From positions 2,159-66,158 of the forward strand of contig CAWJTC010000008.1 of the NCBI GenBank assembly GCA_963845725.1: a stretch of DNA of 64,000 nucleotides. Reading direction: 5' to 3'. The notes beneath the pieces are model-generated. The model searched no databases and had not been told where the DNA came from. It saw only the letters and a list, made by a program, of their open reading frames with translations. This document shows positions 10,636-20,627 of this stretch, piece after piece; position 1 is the first letter of the stretch, and the number at the start of each line of letters is the position of its first letter. The translations under genes and the position numbers were made by a program. The stretch comes from an uncultured Acidobacteriota bacterium. GTDB lineage: Bacteria; Acidobacteriota; Terriglobia; Terriglobales; Acidobacteriaceae.

Positions 10636-12507
10636 TCACGGCTCATACCAAAACACTGCTCCCTTCTCGATTGCAGGTAGCTGATATGTGACCGTGCCCC
10701 GGCGAAGAGTCCCATTCAGCGGCTGCGTTTCTCCAAGAAAGGGAAGAAAGAATCCACGGTGCTGGTTGGTTCCAGCGACGATGACTTGTACGCCAGTCTG
10801 CGGAGACTGGACCGGATTCGATCCCCCGCGCAATCCGGCGAAGTTAGCGAAAAATATGTGAGGCTTCCCATCTACGCGAGCGATCGATGTAGCGATCTTC
10901 GGCGAAGCCACTATTCTGATCGCAGCATCGGCTTGCAGGCGGGTCAGAAACTCATGCTCCTGATCGGGAGTTGAGCCGGCGAAGTCCTTTTGCAGCGATT
11001 CGCTGTAGTCGTTTCCGGGGCATTTGCTGAAGCGGACCACGTTCCCGCGGTTCCCCAGCCCGGTGGCATCTTCTCCAGTGATTACCAACACTCCGCCCTT
11101 ACCTACGTACTCGCCCAGCCTGTCCTTTTCGCTTTCACTCAAAATTCGTACGTCGGGAAGAATTAGAGTGCTGCCTTGAAAGTCAGCGAGCATGCGTGGG
11201 GTTACGACCTGAAACTCCAAGTGCTTCTGCATCAAAAGAATCAGGATTCCCCGGTAGGAAGCTATAAATTGGTGCGCGTAATAGTTTCTCGTCTCCGGTG
11301 AAAAGTAAACGCCGACCGGAGCGATCGGGGTTCGCGGGTGGTAGAAAGTTATCTCGTGGTCCCTGATCCAGGTAAAAATAATCTTGCGCGTCGGCAGATC
11401 GTTCGACCCAGCCATAGAGTGACCCGGAGCATCCCAGAAATTTGCACCGGCCATCACTTCAGACATCGCGAGATTCATCATGGACTGGCGGGGGTCAACT
11501 TTCTTGTCGCCATCCCACGAATAGTTCAGGATCCAGGTGGCTTTTCCCTCGGCGAACGCGCGAAAGGAATACATCCCCACCTGATAGCAAAACCAATCGA
11601 ACGGAGTTCGGGACGAGGCCATATGATCGCCCTCACCGAACTCGTATTCGTGGGCGACCGCGTCTACGACCGGATAGAGGCTATAAACATCGGCCCCCAC
11701 GCGCACCGCTTCTTCTTCGATTCCCGGGTAGATTTCGGGAATCGTCTTAATCGCAGGATTTACTGACTTTGCATTCCGGTCAATCTCCTGCACGAAGTCG
11801 GTGATGGCCTGAATTCTGAACTGAATCCAGCGGCGAAAGTTGGGATCGGAAAAATCACCCAGCTTTAGGTCCTTCCTGGCGTCCAATCCGGTTTGTTCAC
11901 GAAAAGCGGCAACGGTGTAATCGTCGAAACTGGCCCAAGTGTTTTCCCATCCCTCGAAGTGCGTCATCCAGTAGGGGATATCCACGTAAATGCCGTCGAT
12001 GCCGGTGGCGGCGATTTGCCGTACCCGCTGCATATAAATCTTGCGCCACTCGGTCGCAAACGGCGACACCCAGACGTCCTCGTCGCCTTTCGCAATCCAA
12101 AACGCATCACCGCCCCCGAAAATGGCAGGCTCACCGGTCAGCTTACGCTGCAGCCAGTCGGGATGATCTTTCGCCAAGGTGTGCGGGGTCTTACCGGCGT
12201 TCGCAGTGATGCATTCGGTTCCGGCAATGTAAACGAACGCCCGGTTACCGACGGCGTGGGCTTTCTCCGCGACCGCACGAATCGCCCTCAGCTTCTCTTC
12301 AGGGTTGAGAAAGCTCTCGTAACGGCCGGGTATGTCGTTGTCCACCTCGATGCCAAAGACGCCGCTTTCCTGGGCGTTCTGCACAATCTTGGCGGAGTTG
12401 TCGCTTTGTAATCCGTATGCCCCGATGCGCACATAGTGCGTCCAGTTCTGCTCGGCAGAAGCCGGAGCCGCTGCATGGACGGGAGTGAGCAGCAGAAGCG
12501 CAAGCAT
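10636..12507 (-). CDS. Secreted TIM-barrel glycoside-hydrolase-like protein (family not assignable by eye)
   Basis: The long ORF 10636-12714 overlaps the upstream receptor gene. The internal ATG at 12507 gives signal peptide MLALLLLTPVHAAAPASA and a 61-nt gap after the receptor stop. Content such as GIDGIYVDIPYWM resembles glycosidase-like barrels. Confidence 0.6.
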   Translation of the reverse strand: MLALLLLTPVHAAAPASAEQNWTHYVRIGAYGLQSDNSAKIVQNAQESGVFGIEVDNDIPGRYESFLNPEEKLRAIRAVAEKAHAVGNRAFVYIAGTECITANAGKTPHTLAKDHPDWLQRKLTGEPAIFGGGDAFWIAKGDEDVWVSPFATEWRKIYMQRVRQIAATGIDGIYVDIPYWMTHFEGWENTWASFDDYTVAAFREQTGLDARKDLKLGDFSDPNFRRWIQFRIQAITDFVQEIDRNAKSVNPAIKTIPEIYPGIEEEAVRVGADVYSLYPVVDAVAHEYEFGEGDHMASSRTPFDWFCYQVGMYSFRAFAEGKATWILNYSWDGDKKVDPRQSMMNLAMSEVMAGANFWDAPGHSMAGSNDLPTRKIIFTWIRDHEITFYHPRTPIAPVGVYFSPETRNYYAHQFIASYRGILILLMQKHLEFQVVTPRMLADFQGSTLILPDVRILSESEKDRLGEYVGKGGVLVITGEDATGLGNRGNVVRFSKCPGNDYSESLQKDFAGSTPDQEHEFLTRLQADAAIRIVASPKIATSIARVDGKPHIFFANFAGLRGGSNPVQSPQTGVQVIVAGTNQHRGFFLPFLGETQPLNGTLRRGTVTYQLPAIEKGAVFWYEP

Positions 12508-12568
12508 CGCCGTTCCCACACTTCGCGGCAGGTTTCGAGCAGCGAGGGCGGTCCTCAAGCGGGCGCCG

Positions 12569-15500
12569 CTAGAACTCAAAGCGCACTCCCACTTGCCCGT
12601 GGCGTGGGGTGCTCCCCATTGCCAGAGAGGAGATCTGCCCGAAGGTTGAGTCTCCGTACAAAGTGTCAGGGGGAGCGAAACGTGGCGTATTGAAAAAGTT
12701 GAAAAACTCACCACGCAATTCCAGCTTCATGCCTTCGTGCGGAATAAAGCTCTTGGCAATCGCCAGGTCAATGTTGTGGATGCCGTCGGTTCGAAGATTG
12801 GAGAAGTAGCGCGGGGCGTTACCGGGTTGCTCGTAGTTAGGTGCGGCGAAGCAATTTGTATTGAACGTGCTCAGGGGGGTTGCGGAGGACTGGCTGAGAG
12901 CGGACTGGTGCGCGCTTACTCCGCTGTTCGGATTACACAGTACATTGGGGCGTTGATTGCCATCATCCAGCGTGGGCTGCGACATGCCGATGTCGATCGG
13001 CTGCCCACTTTGGAGAGTGAGGATGGTCGAGAGCGTCCAACCTCCGACCACTCCGTCGAGCACGCGATTCATCCCGCTTCCGATCCAGCGTCCCCTTCCG
13101 ATTGGCAAGTCGCCGATGATGGCCAAAGCGAGGCGGTGGGTCGCATCGTTGGCGCTGATCGAATGTTCGGCCTTCAGATTGTCCAGTTCCTGGGGATTGT
13201 CGGAGGCAAGAGACCCGATAAATGCATTGCGCCCGACGGAGGAGTCGTCGGTTGACTTCGACAGCGTGTAACCTCCCACAAAGCTGATGTAATGGCTGGC
13301 ACGTTTCTCCACGCGGATTTGAAGGGCGTTGTAAAACGACTGCGCCTCCAGCAGCGGCAGTCCTTCGAAGTTTCCGTCGAATTGTGGATACGGACGGAGC
13401 AGGTTGATCAGCGGGATCTGTGCGTTGTTGTACTGCGAATCCGGCTCGTTGAAAGTTGCTCCCGCCCCCTGGAACAACGGCTGGAAGGGGTTGTTCACGG
13501 TGTTATGCAGGTCGTTGTAGAGGGTAAGGGTGTCGTACTGTTCGCGAACTGAGGAGGCGATGAAGTTCCGATCTCTCGTGGACACACCGCAACCGCAAAT
13601 GCCGCCTTCTCCGCCCCACGGCAGGTGGGTACTACGGTTGGCGGAGTAATCGGCGGAAATAACCAGTTGCCCAGGCAGCAGTCGCTGCAGGCCGAAACTC
13701 CACTGATAAATGTCTGCATTCTGGGCTTCGCTCGTGCCCAGATCATTCAAGTTCGCGTAACCCCACTCCGCCAAAGGTCCGTATTTGGTTCCCTGCGGGG
13801 CCGGCAGTCCCGCCGGAAACGGGTTCTCGAAGGTGGCGTAGCGCGTTTGGAAATTGTCCTGAGTAAAGTACACGACTCCGTCTTTGCGGAACGCGGACCC
13901 GGTGTACTGGAAGTTGGTGGCCACGTTCATGCCGTAATAAACGCCGACTCCGCCGCGGACCACGGTATTTGGCGTGAGTTGATACGCGAACCCCAAGCGC
14001 GGCCCCCAATTATTGCGGTCGATGGGAACATGGCGATCACTGGGGGAGGCAAAAATTGTAGTACCGTTCAACGGCCCGGTAATGAGTGGCAAGCCCGGCA
14101 CCGTGACTCCGCTGTTTCCAGTGAAGTCGCTGAATTCCAACTGGTTGTTGCGTTCGGTATAGGGCGTGCTCCATTCATAGCGAAGGCCGAGATTCAAAGT
14201 CAGCTTGGGCGTGATGCGCCAGTCGTCTTGCGCGTAAAAGCCGGTTTCTTTTGATTTGTTGGCGACCGCAGGATAAATTGCGATGCCGCCGTAGTCGCCC
14301 ATCCCCACCAGGATGTCGGCAAAGGGATTACCCTGGTCCGGATTATTGGCGCCAATCACGTTTTCGGTCACATTCTGGGCAAAGTGGAAGTAGCCCGTGG
14401 GATAACTTGGCTGCTGAAAATTATTAAAGAAGAGGCGCTGCTCGCCGCCGAATTTGAAGTTGTGTTTACCGTGGGTCCAGGCCAGGGCAGAAGAATATGA
14501 GTACAAAGTGTGGGCGAACTTGGTGTCCACACAGCACTGGTCGTAGAGCGAAGTCCAAGGCGAATCGACCAGAATCCCCGGCATGCGTGAAATACCTGGA
14601 TTGGCGTTATCCAGGAGCGAAGGGAAGCCGACGGTGCTCGCAGCGGGGTAGTTACTGTATCCCGGCGCATTGACGCGATCCACGGCAAAGCGGCTGGCCA
14701 GCAGCAAGTTGGGTTTGATTGTCCAATCGTACTGTAGACCTCCATTGTTGACGCCGGTAATGAAGTTGATGCCGTCATTGAATTCGCCGTCACCCAACAC
14801 GGTGGGGGTCGCGTTCGACAAGTGCTGGTGACTGTAGCGTCCACCGAGATGCATGGTGTCGTTGAGTTGCTCGTCGATTTTCGCATCGAACTGCAACGAC
14901 TTGGTGAATGAGTTGGTGTTGTCGCGGAAGTTGTTCGTGCCATCGGGATCGCCCGGCTGGTTTGGCATAGGATAGAGCGCCAGGATCTTTTTTCCGATCG
15001 GATCCTGCCACTGCGTCCCAATGATGTTGCCCGCGAACGCAGTCCGCACCCCGTTGGTGACCTGGAGCGGGTTATAGATCAAGTTTGGAACCACATCTCC
15101 GCTGTTAGGATCAGTAATCAGAGTTTGTGAAAAATCGCCATTCCGCTCCGCCAAGGTGGGTACGGTAGCAACGATGGGCACAGGATCGGTTTCCAGGACA
15201 CGTTCGATGTCAACAAAGAAAAAAGTCTTGTTCTTCCGGATGGGACCTCCGAGAGAAACTCCGTACTGATTGCGGGAATGGTCAGGTCGAGGCAAGCCAG
15301 CCTGGTTGCTGAAGAAATCGTTGGCGTCAAACACGCCCTGCTGTCCGAACCACCAGGCGCTGCCGTGGAAGGCATTGGTACCGCTTTTCAGCGCCATATT
15401 GACGACCGTGCCGCCGTTGCTGCCAAATTCAGCCGAGAAACCGTTGCTTTGAACTTTGAACTCCTGCACAGCTTCGACCGAGGGCTCGTAATAGACGTTG

Positions 15501-16159
15501 GAGTTTCCACCTTCTCCCTGTTCCGGGGCGCTGATCAAGGCGCCATCCATTCGAACTTCGGCGGTCGCGTTGCGCTGGCCGTTGGAAACGAAATTGGTGC
15601 CCGCAGGATAGTTGTCAGCCGTCCCAGACCCTGCCGTCTCACTGACGCCGGCGTTCAGAAACACTAAGCCGAAAAAATTACGATTGAGCAGGGGAATCTC
15701 TTTCACGTATTCGTTAGTGACGTCGGTGCCTAAGCCTGCACTCTGCGTGTCCAGTAGAGGCGCGGTTTCGGTTACCTGAACTTCGGTGGAAGAACCAGCG
15801 GGGTGCAAGGTAAAGTTGAGGCTGGTCTCTTGCCCGACGGCCAGGACAACGTCTTTTTGCTCCACGGGCCGGAAACCGGGGGCCTCCGCTTTGACCGCGT
15901 AGGTGGACGGCCGAAGGGCCCTCAGAACATATTCCCCGGAACCATCGCTCTTCACGGTCTGCGACACGTTGGTGCCCACTTCGGTGATGGTGATTGTGGC
16001 ATCCGGCATCACCGCGCCGCTCGAATCAGAGACCACACCCCGAATCTGCGCCTGGTAGCTGGCCTGGCCGAGCAGAGTTGGGTGTAAGACGAGGGCGATT
16101 CCGAGCAAAACAAGCAGGTAGGAACCAAGGGCAAGAAATCGGGCGACGGCGCATCGCAT
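12569..16159 (-). CDS. TonB-dependent receptor with a CarboxypepD_reg-like N-terminal domain (acidobacterial type)
   Basis: Intact 1196-aa ORF with a signal peptide. IRGVVSDSSGAVMPDATITITEV...GEYVLRALRPSTYAVKAEAPGF, then plug and a long barrel ending in ...GVRFEF. Confidence 0.9.
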   Translation of the reverse strand: MRCAVARFLALGSYLLVLLGIALVLHPTLLGQASYQAQIRGVVSDSSGAVMPDATITITEVGTNVSQTVKSDGSGEYVLRALRPSTYAVKAEAPGFRPVEQKDVVLAVGQETSLNFTLHPAGSSTEVQVTETAPLLDTQSAGLGTDVTNEYVKEIPLLNRNFFGLVFLNAGVSETAGSGTADNYPAGTNFVSNGQRNATAEVRMDGALISAPEQGEGGNSNVYYEPSVEAVQEFKVQSNGFSAEFGSNGGTVVNMALKSGTNAFHGSAWWFGQQGVFDANDFFSNQAGLPRPDHSRNQYGVSLGGPIRKNKTFFFVDIERVLETDPVPIVATVPTLAERNGDFSQTLITDPNSGDVVPNLIYNPLQVTNGVRTAFAGNIIGTQWQDPIGKKILALYPMPNQPGDPDGTNNFRDNTNSFTKSLQFDAKIDEQLNDTMHLGGRYSHQHLSNATPTVLGDGEFNDGINFITGVNNGGLQYDWTIKPNLLLASRFAVDRVNAPGYSNYPAASTVGFPSLLDNANPGISRMPGILVDSPWTSLYDQCCVDTKFAHTLYSYSSALAWTHGKHNFKFGGEQRLFFNNFQQPSYPTGYFHFAQNVTENVIGANNPDQGNPFADILVGMGDYGGIAIYPAVANKSKETGFYAQDDWRITPKLTLNLGLRYEWSTPYTERNNQLEFSDFTGNSGVTVPGLPLITGPLNGTTIFASPSDRHVPIDRNNWGPRLGFAYQLTPNTVVRGGVGVYYGMNVATNFQYTGSAFRKDGVVYFTQDNFQTRYATFENPFPAGLPAPQGTKYGPLAEWGYANLNDLGTSEAQNADIYQWSFGLQRLLPGQLVISADYSANRSTHLPWGGEGGICGCGVSTRDRNFIASSVREQYDTLTLYNDLHNTVNNPFQPLFQGAGATFNEPDSQYNNAQIPLINLLRPYPQFDGNFEGLPLLEAQSFYNALQIRVEKRASHYISFVGGYTLSKSTDDSSVGRNAFIGSLASDNPQELDNLKAEHSISANDATHRLALAIIGDLPIGRGRWIGSGMNRVLDGVVGGWTLSTILTLQSGQPIDIGMSQPTLDDGNQRPNVLCNPNSGVSAHQSALSQSSATPLSTFNTNCFAAPNYEQPGNAPRYFSNLRTDGIHNIDLAIAKSFIPHEGMKLELRGEFFNFFNTPRFAPPDTLYGDSTFGQISSLAMGSTPRHGQVGVRFEF

Positions 16160-16374
16160 GGAAGGACCCCTTCCCGCAAGACGGTTTGTAGCAAGCTTTC
16201 GTATGCTTGCGATTTGATACTTTTACTTTCGTTATACCGGATTGTCAAGGGTAAAATGTTTGCGGTGACGGCCTAGCGGCCTGCATTCCGCGGCGCAACA
16301 AGAACGCCATTTTCATGGACAAACCAAAACACTCGCGATAAAAGAGGAATGGCACAGACCCTCGGAGCTATGGT

Positions 16375-17163
16375 GTGACCACTGCCGGCCGTATCAATCC
16401 GGTGCTGAATGAAGAGCGCCGCCGCGCGATCCTCGACATTCTGAGTCGCGATGGCCGGGTGCTGGTGGCTGACCTGGCAAAACAATTCCACACTTCACAA
16501 GTCACCATCCGAAAAGATCTGGATATTCTCCACGGACGTGGCCGAATTCATCGCACCCATGGCGGGGCATTACCGGCGCGCGAGAGCGTGCTGGAGGATC
16601 CGACCTTGCGGGAGAAAGAAAAGCTACACCGCAAGGAAAAACTGCGCATTGCCGCCGCGGCCGCCCGCATGGTAACAGAGGGCCAAGTGGTCATTCTTGA
16701 TTCCGGAACCACCACCACCGCCATTGCGCGAGCGCTGCGAAAGTTTGGGAATCTCACCATCATTACCAACGCGGCCAACATCGCCACAGAACTTTCCGGA
16801 TCGTCTCTTGAAGTCATCCTGACCGGCGGCACACTGAGGAAGAATTCGTTTTCTCTGGTGGGGCCGATCGCAGAAGAAACTCTACGGCGTTTGAACGCGG
16901 ACATTCTCTTCCTGGGAGTGGACGGCATCGACGTACAGCACGGCTTGAGTACACCCAATCTGTTGGAAGCCAAAGTCAATCGGGCCATGATGGACGTGGC
17001 GGGAGTCGCGGTGGTGGTGTGCGATTCCAGTAAATTCGGCCGGCGCAGCTTGTCGGCGATTGCTCCGCTTTCAGCGGTGCATCATTTGGTCACTGATCGA
17101 GGGATTCGCAAGGCGGACTTGGCGGCGCTGAAGAAGGCAGGGATCCCGGTGACGCTGGTGTAG
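16375..17163 (+). CDS. DeoR/GlpR-family transcriptional repressor (AgaR-like)
   Basis: GTG start 7 nt after GGAG. HTH VADLAKQFHTSQVTIRKDLDIL plus a DeoR C-terminal sensor domain. Divergent from the receptor/sugar operon. Confidence 0.85.
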   Translation: MTTAGRINPVLNEERRRAILDILSRDGRVLVADLAKQFHTSQVTIRKDLDILHGRGRIHRTHGGALPARESVLEDPTLREKEKLHRKEKLRIAAAAARMVTEGQVVILDSGTTTTAIARALRKFGNLTIITNAANIATELSGSSLEVILTGGTLRKNSFSLVGPIAEETLRRLNADILFLGVDGIDVQHGLSTPNLLEAKVNRAMMDVAGVAVVVCDSSKFGRRSLSAIAPLSAVHHLVTDRGIRKADLAALKKAGIPVTLV

Positions 17164-17199
17164 GAGTGGGACTGCCGGGCCGCTTTTCGGGAAGAGTTA

Positions 17200-18369
17200 C
17201 TACTGCGATGTTTTGCCGATTCCCCGAAACTGCCCAAACATACGCTCGGCGTTCTTGTGGTACACCTTTTCGAGAACTTCATCGGGAAGGTCCATGCCAT
17301 AGATCTTCCAGCGGCCCTGTCCCGGATATCCCCAATAATCAAAGTACTCGTCGGCGGTTTCGAGCCAGCGAAAATGATTGCGGTACATGGCCTCGTCCAT
17401 GCCGTTGTCGGTGCCGAACATGATGCGGTCCTGATACTTGATGAAGAATTCGCGGGCGCGGTGGGGCTGCCGGCCGAGTTCGGCTTCGCGCGCCCCGAAT
17501 TCCACCATCACGTTGGGAAGCGTATCCAGCAGGTGAGAAACATAATCGAGATTTTCCGGCCAGTTTGCCATGTGCAGAGCAACAAAGGTGGTGTGTGGGT
17601 GCCTGGCGAACATACGGTCGCGCGCCGCCAGAACCGATTCCTTACTGGGAAACTGCGGGCCGTAGAAACTCCAGTCCGGGTGCTCAATCAATTCCTCGTA
17701 GCGCTCGTTGGTGTTGTCGATGGGACGAAAGAACGCTTCGGGATCGGTGGAATGAATCGAAACCGGGATGCCGAGCCGTCCGCATTCCTCCCAGATGGGA
17801 TCGAGCCGCGGGTCGTCAATTGCAACCAGCTTCCCCGTCTTGTCCCGGATGCTCAGGCCGAGATCCTTCAATTGTTTCAGGCCGCGCGCGCCGCGGGCCA
17901 CGGCATCGTCGAGCTGCGTCACCATTTCCTGGCTGAAGTCAGCATCGTCAATCTTGCTCCAGTCGATCTGCGCAAAGACAATAAAGCGTCCGGGATAAGG
18001 CTTGACCATCCGGTCAATCACGTGTTGCAGCTTGTCGCCCCACATGCCAGTCAGGATGACCACCGTCTTCACGTTAGTGTTGTTCATGATTTCGACGACA
18101 CGTTCAGGCGGCATCTGGTCGCCGATGCCCATGGCGTCGTTCACATGATTGTGCACGTCAATCACGTAGTATTTCGCGCGCTCCACCTTGTGGACCGGAG
18201 CGTGCAACATGGAAACCGGCTGGAAATCTTTCAGCAGCAGAGTCTTTTTCTGTTCGGCGTCGGCTGCGGGCTTGTAGCCGACTGGCTCCTGTGATTGAGC
18301 AGCGGCCTGTACAAGCGACACGGGCACGGTCAGAATGAGGAAAATTGCCAGCATCAATCTTCTCGACAT
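17200..18369 (-). CDS. Secreted amidohydrolase-family metal hydrolase
   Basis: ATG at 18369 preceded by GGAGG. Signal peptide MSRRLMLAIFLILTVPVSLVQAAAQ. The VIDVHNHV H-x-H motif is typical of amidohydrolases. Confidence 0.7.
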   Translation of the reverse strand: MSRRLMLAIFLILTVPVSLVQAAAQSQEPVGYKPAADAEQKKTLLLKDFQPVSMLHAPVHKVERAKYYVIDVHNHVNDAMGIGDQMPPERVVEIMNNTNVKTVVILTGMWGDKLQHVIDRMVKPYPGRFIVFAQIDWSKIDDADFSQEMVTQLDDAVARGARGLKQLKDLGLSIRDKTGKLVAIDDPRLDPIWEECGRLGIPVSIHSTDPEAFFRPIDNTNERYEELIEHPDWSFYGPQFPSKESVLAARDRMFARHPHTTFVALHMANWPENLDYVSHLLDTLPNVMVEFGAREAELGRQPHRAREFFIKYQDRIMFGTDNGMDEAMYRNHFRWLETADEYFDYWGYPGQGRWKIYGMDLPDEVLEKVYHKNAERMFGQFRGIGKTSQ

Positions 18370-18521
18370 TGGTCCAACCTCCGAACGCAATCTATCGTCT
18401 TGACAAGTCCGAGCAAACGAAAGTAAAAGTAATCGTTCGCAATATACCGCAATCCGCCTCAACGTTCCAGCAGCGAAGCGGCGAATGGGGAGGTTTGCGG
18501 GATCGGTGGTACCCTTCGGTC

Positions 18522-20622
18522 ATGAGACACTTCCGGGCAATCGCTCTGGTGGTCTGTGTTTTGCTGAGCGTGTTCCTGCCCAGTTCAACCCTGGGGCAGA
18601 GCCAGCCAAGTGATGCTGCGAGCTTGAAGGTCTCACCCTCGACTTCGCCGGACCTAGAAATTCAAAGCCCGGTCATGCGGATCGAATTTGACCGCAAACT
18701 CCACAGCCGCGTAGTCCCGCTGTTTAGCGGGCCGGACGAGCACTTCGTTCCCTTCTCGGCGTCAGAAACCGTCACCGGAGCAGGCCACACCTGGGCCGAC
18801 TTTGCATTCACCTCAAGCCGTCGTGAGCATGTAGCCGACATTTTTGGCGCCGGCGAAAAGTTGACGCTGATCGGCCAGTCTGGCGAGCTACGCAAGACGA
18901 TTTCAGTCACGATTTACAGCGATTTCCCATCCATTGCTGTTTTTGACGTTGAATACACCAATGAAGGCAACGTCCAGTTGGCGATTCGGGGCTGGGCCAA
19001 TCAGCAGTACTCGCTGAGCGCAGGCAGCGCAACTTCGGGTCCCGCGTTCTGGTCGTACCAGAGCGGATCGTATGAGAAGCGGCCGAATTGGGTGCTCCCG
19101 CTCCACCCCGGATTTCACCAGGAAAATTATCTCGGTATGAATGCGAGTGATTACGGCGGAGGCACACCAATCGTCGATGTTTGGCGGAGAGATGTTGGAC
19201 TGGCGGTCGGCCACATTGAACCAGTGCCGCGGCTCATTTCCCTTCCCGTTTCCATGCCGGACAAGTCGCATGCTCGGGTCGCGGTGCGGTCCTCTCATCA
19301 GGAGACACTGGATCCAGGAGCGAGTTTTCACACTCTGCGGACGTTCGTTTCGGTTCATCAAGGCGATTACTTCCGCACGCTGATGGAATACCGCCGGCTG
19401 ATGATACGCCAGGGATTTCAGATGGCAACCGCTCCGGACAGCGCTTACGGCCCCATCTGGTGCGCCTGGGGCTACGGCCGCTCGGTACAACTCAAGCAGG
19501 TGTACGAGACGCTTCCGACAGCGAAGAAACTGGGCTTCTCGTGGGTCACGCTGGACGACGGTTGGCAAGATGACTATGGCGATTGGGAACTGGACCCCAA
19601 GAAATTTCCCCATGGCGACGCTGACATGAAAGCGCTGGTGAATCGAATTCACCAGGAAGGCTTTCACGCCCAACTGTGGTGGTCGCCGTTGAGTGCGGTT
19701 CCCAATTCGCAATTGCTCAAAGATCATCCCGATTGGGCGCTGCTCAACAAGGATGGATCGCGGCGAAAAATTTCCTGGTGGAACTCAGATTATCTCTGTC
19801 CCGCATACCGAGATGTGGTGGAGTACCAGAAGGCGCTGGTCGGAAGTTTCTGGGGGAGTGGGGGTTCGACGGGCTTAAACTTGACGGCCAGCACATGAAC
19901 GGGGTTCCGCCTTGCTATAATCCCGCGCACCATCACAAGAGTCCCGAGGATTCTGTAGAAGCCCTGCCTGATTTCTTCCGCGAGATTTATGAAACCGCGC
20001 GCAGCGTGAAACCCGATGCGCTGGTCGAATTCTGCCCTTGCGGCACGGCCTATTCGTTCTTCACCATGCCACATTTCAATATGTCAGTGGCGTCCGACCC
20101 CGAGAGTTCGTTTCAGGTTCGTTCCAAGGGTAAGACCCTGAAAGCGCTCATGGGCGACAACGTGCCGTACTTCGGTGACCACGTCGAACTTAGCGACGGT
20201 GCCAGCGATTTCGCTTCCACCGTGGGCGTGGGCGGAGTGGTGGGCACTCAGTTCGTGCTTCCGAATCTAGTCAGCAAACACAGTACGTCAGATTTGACGC
20301 CGCAGCGAGAGAAACTTTTCGCAAAGTGGGTCCAGATCTACAAGGAAAAAATGCTCTCGCGCGGGCGAGTACCTGGGCGAGTCTTTACGACATCGGGTTC
20401 GACCGCCCCGAGGCCCACGTGATCCGTAAGGACGACGAAATGTACTACGCGTTCTTCGCCCGTCATTGGAGCGGTCGAATCGAATTGCGCGGTTTGCAAG
20501 ACCGCGCCTATCACGTCGTTGATTACGTGACGGGTAAGGATTTCGGAAGCGTGCACGGCCCGACGGCCAAGATTTCTGCGACCTTCAATCAACATCTGCT
20601 GCTCGAGGCCCGACCCGAGTAA
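18522..20622 (+). pseudogene. Alpha-galactosidase / alpha-N-acetylgalactosaminidase-like glycosidase (clan GH-D, GH27/36-like), two frameshifts
   Basis: ATG at 18522 with a signal peptide. Motifs VTLDDGWQ and FDGLKLDG. The frame changes near 19855 (ORF 18345-19898 to 19676-20422) and near 20370 (to 20326-20622). Confidence 0.7.
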
Positions 20623-20627
20623 CCGCC

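Noticed and set aside
12508-12714. N-terminal 69-aa extension of the 692-aa ORF overlapping the 3' end of the TonB receptor gene
   Set aside because: The extension has no signal peptide and overlaps a confident gene by 146 nt. The internal ATG at 12507 yields a classical signal peptide and a clean intergenic gap.
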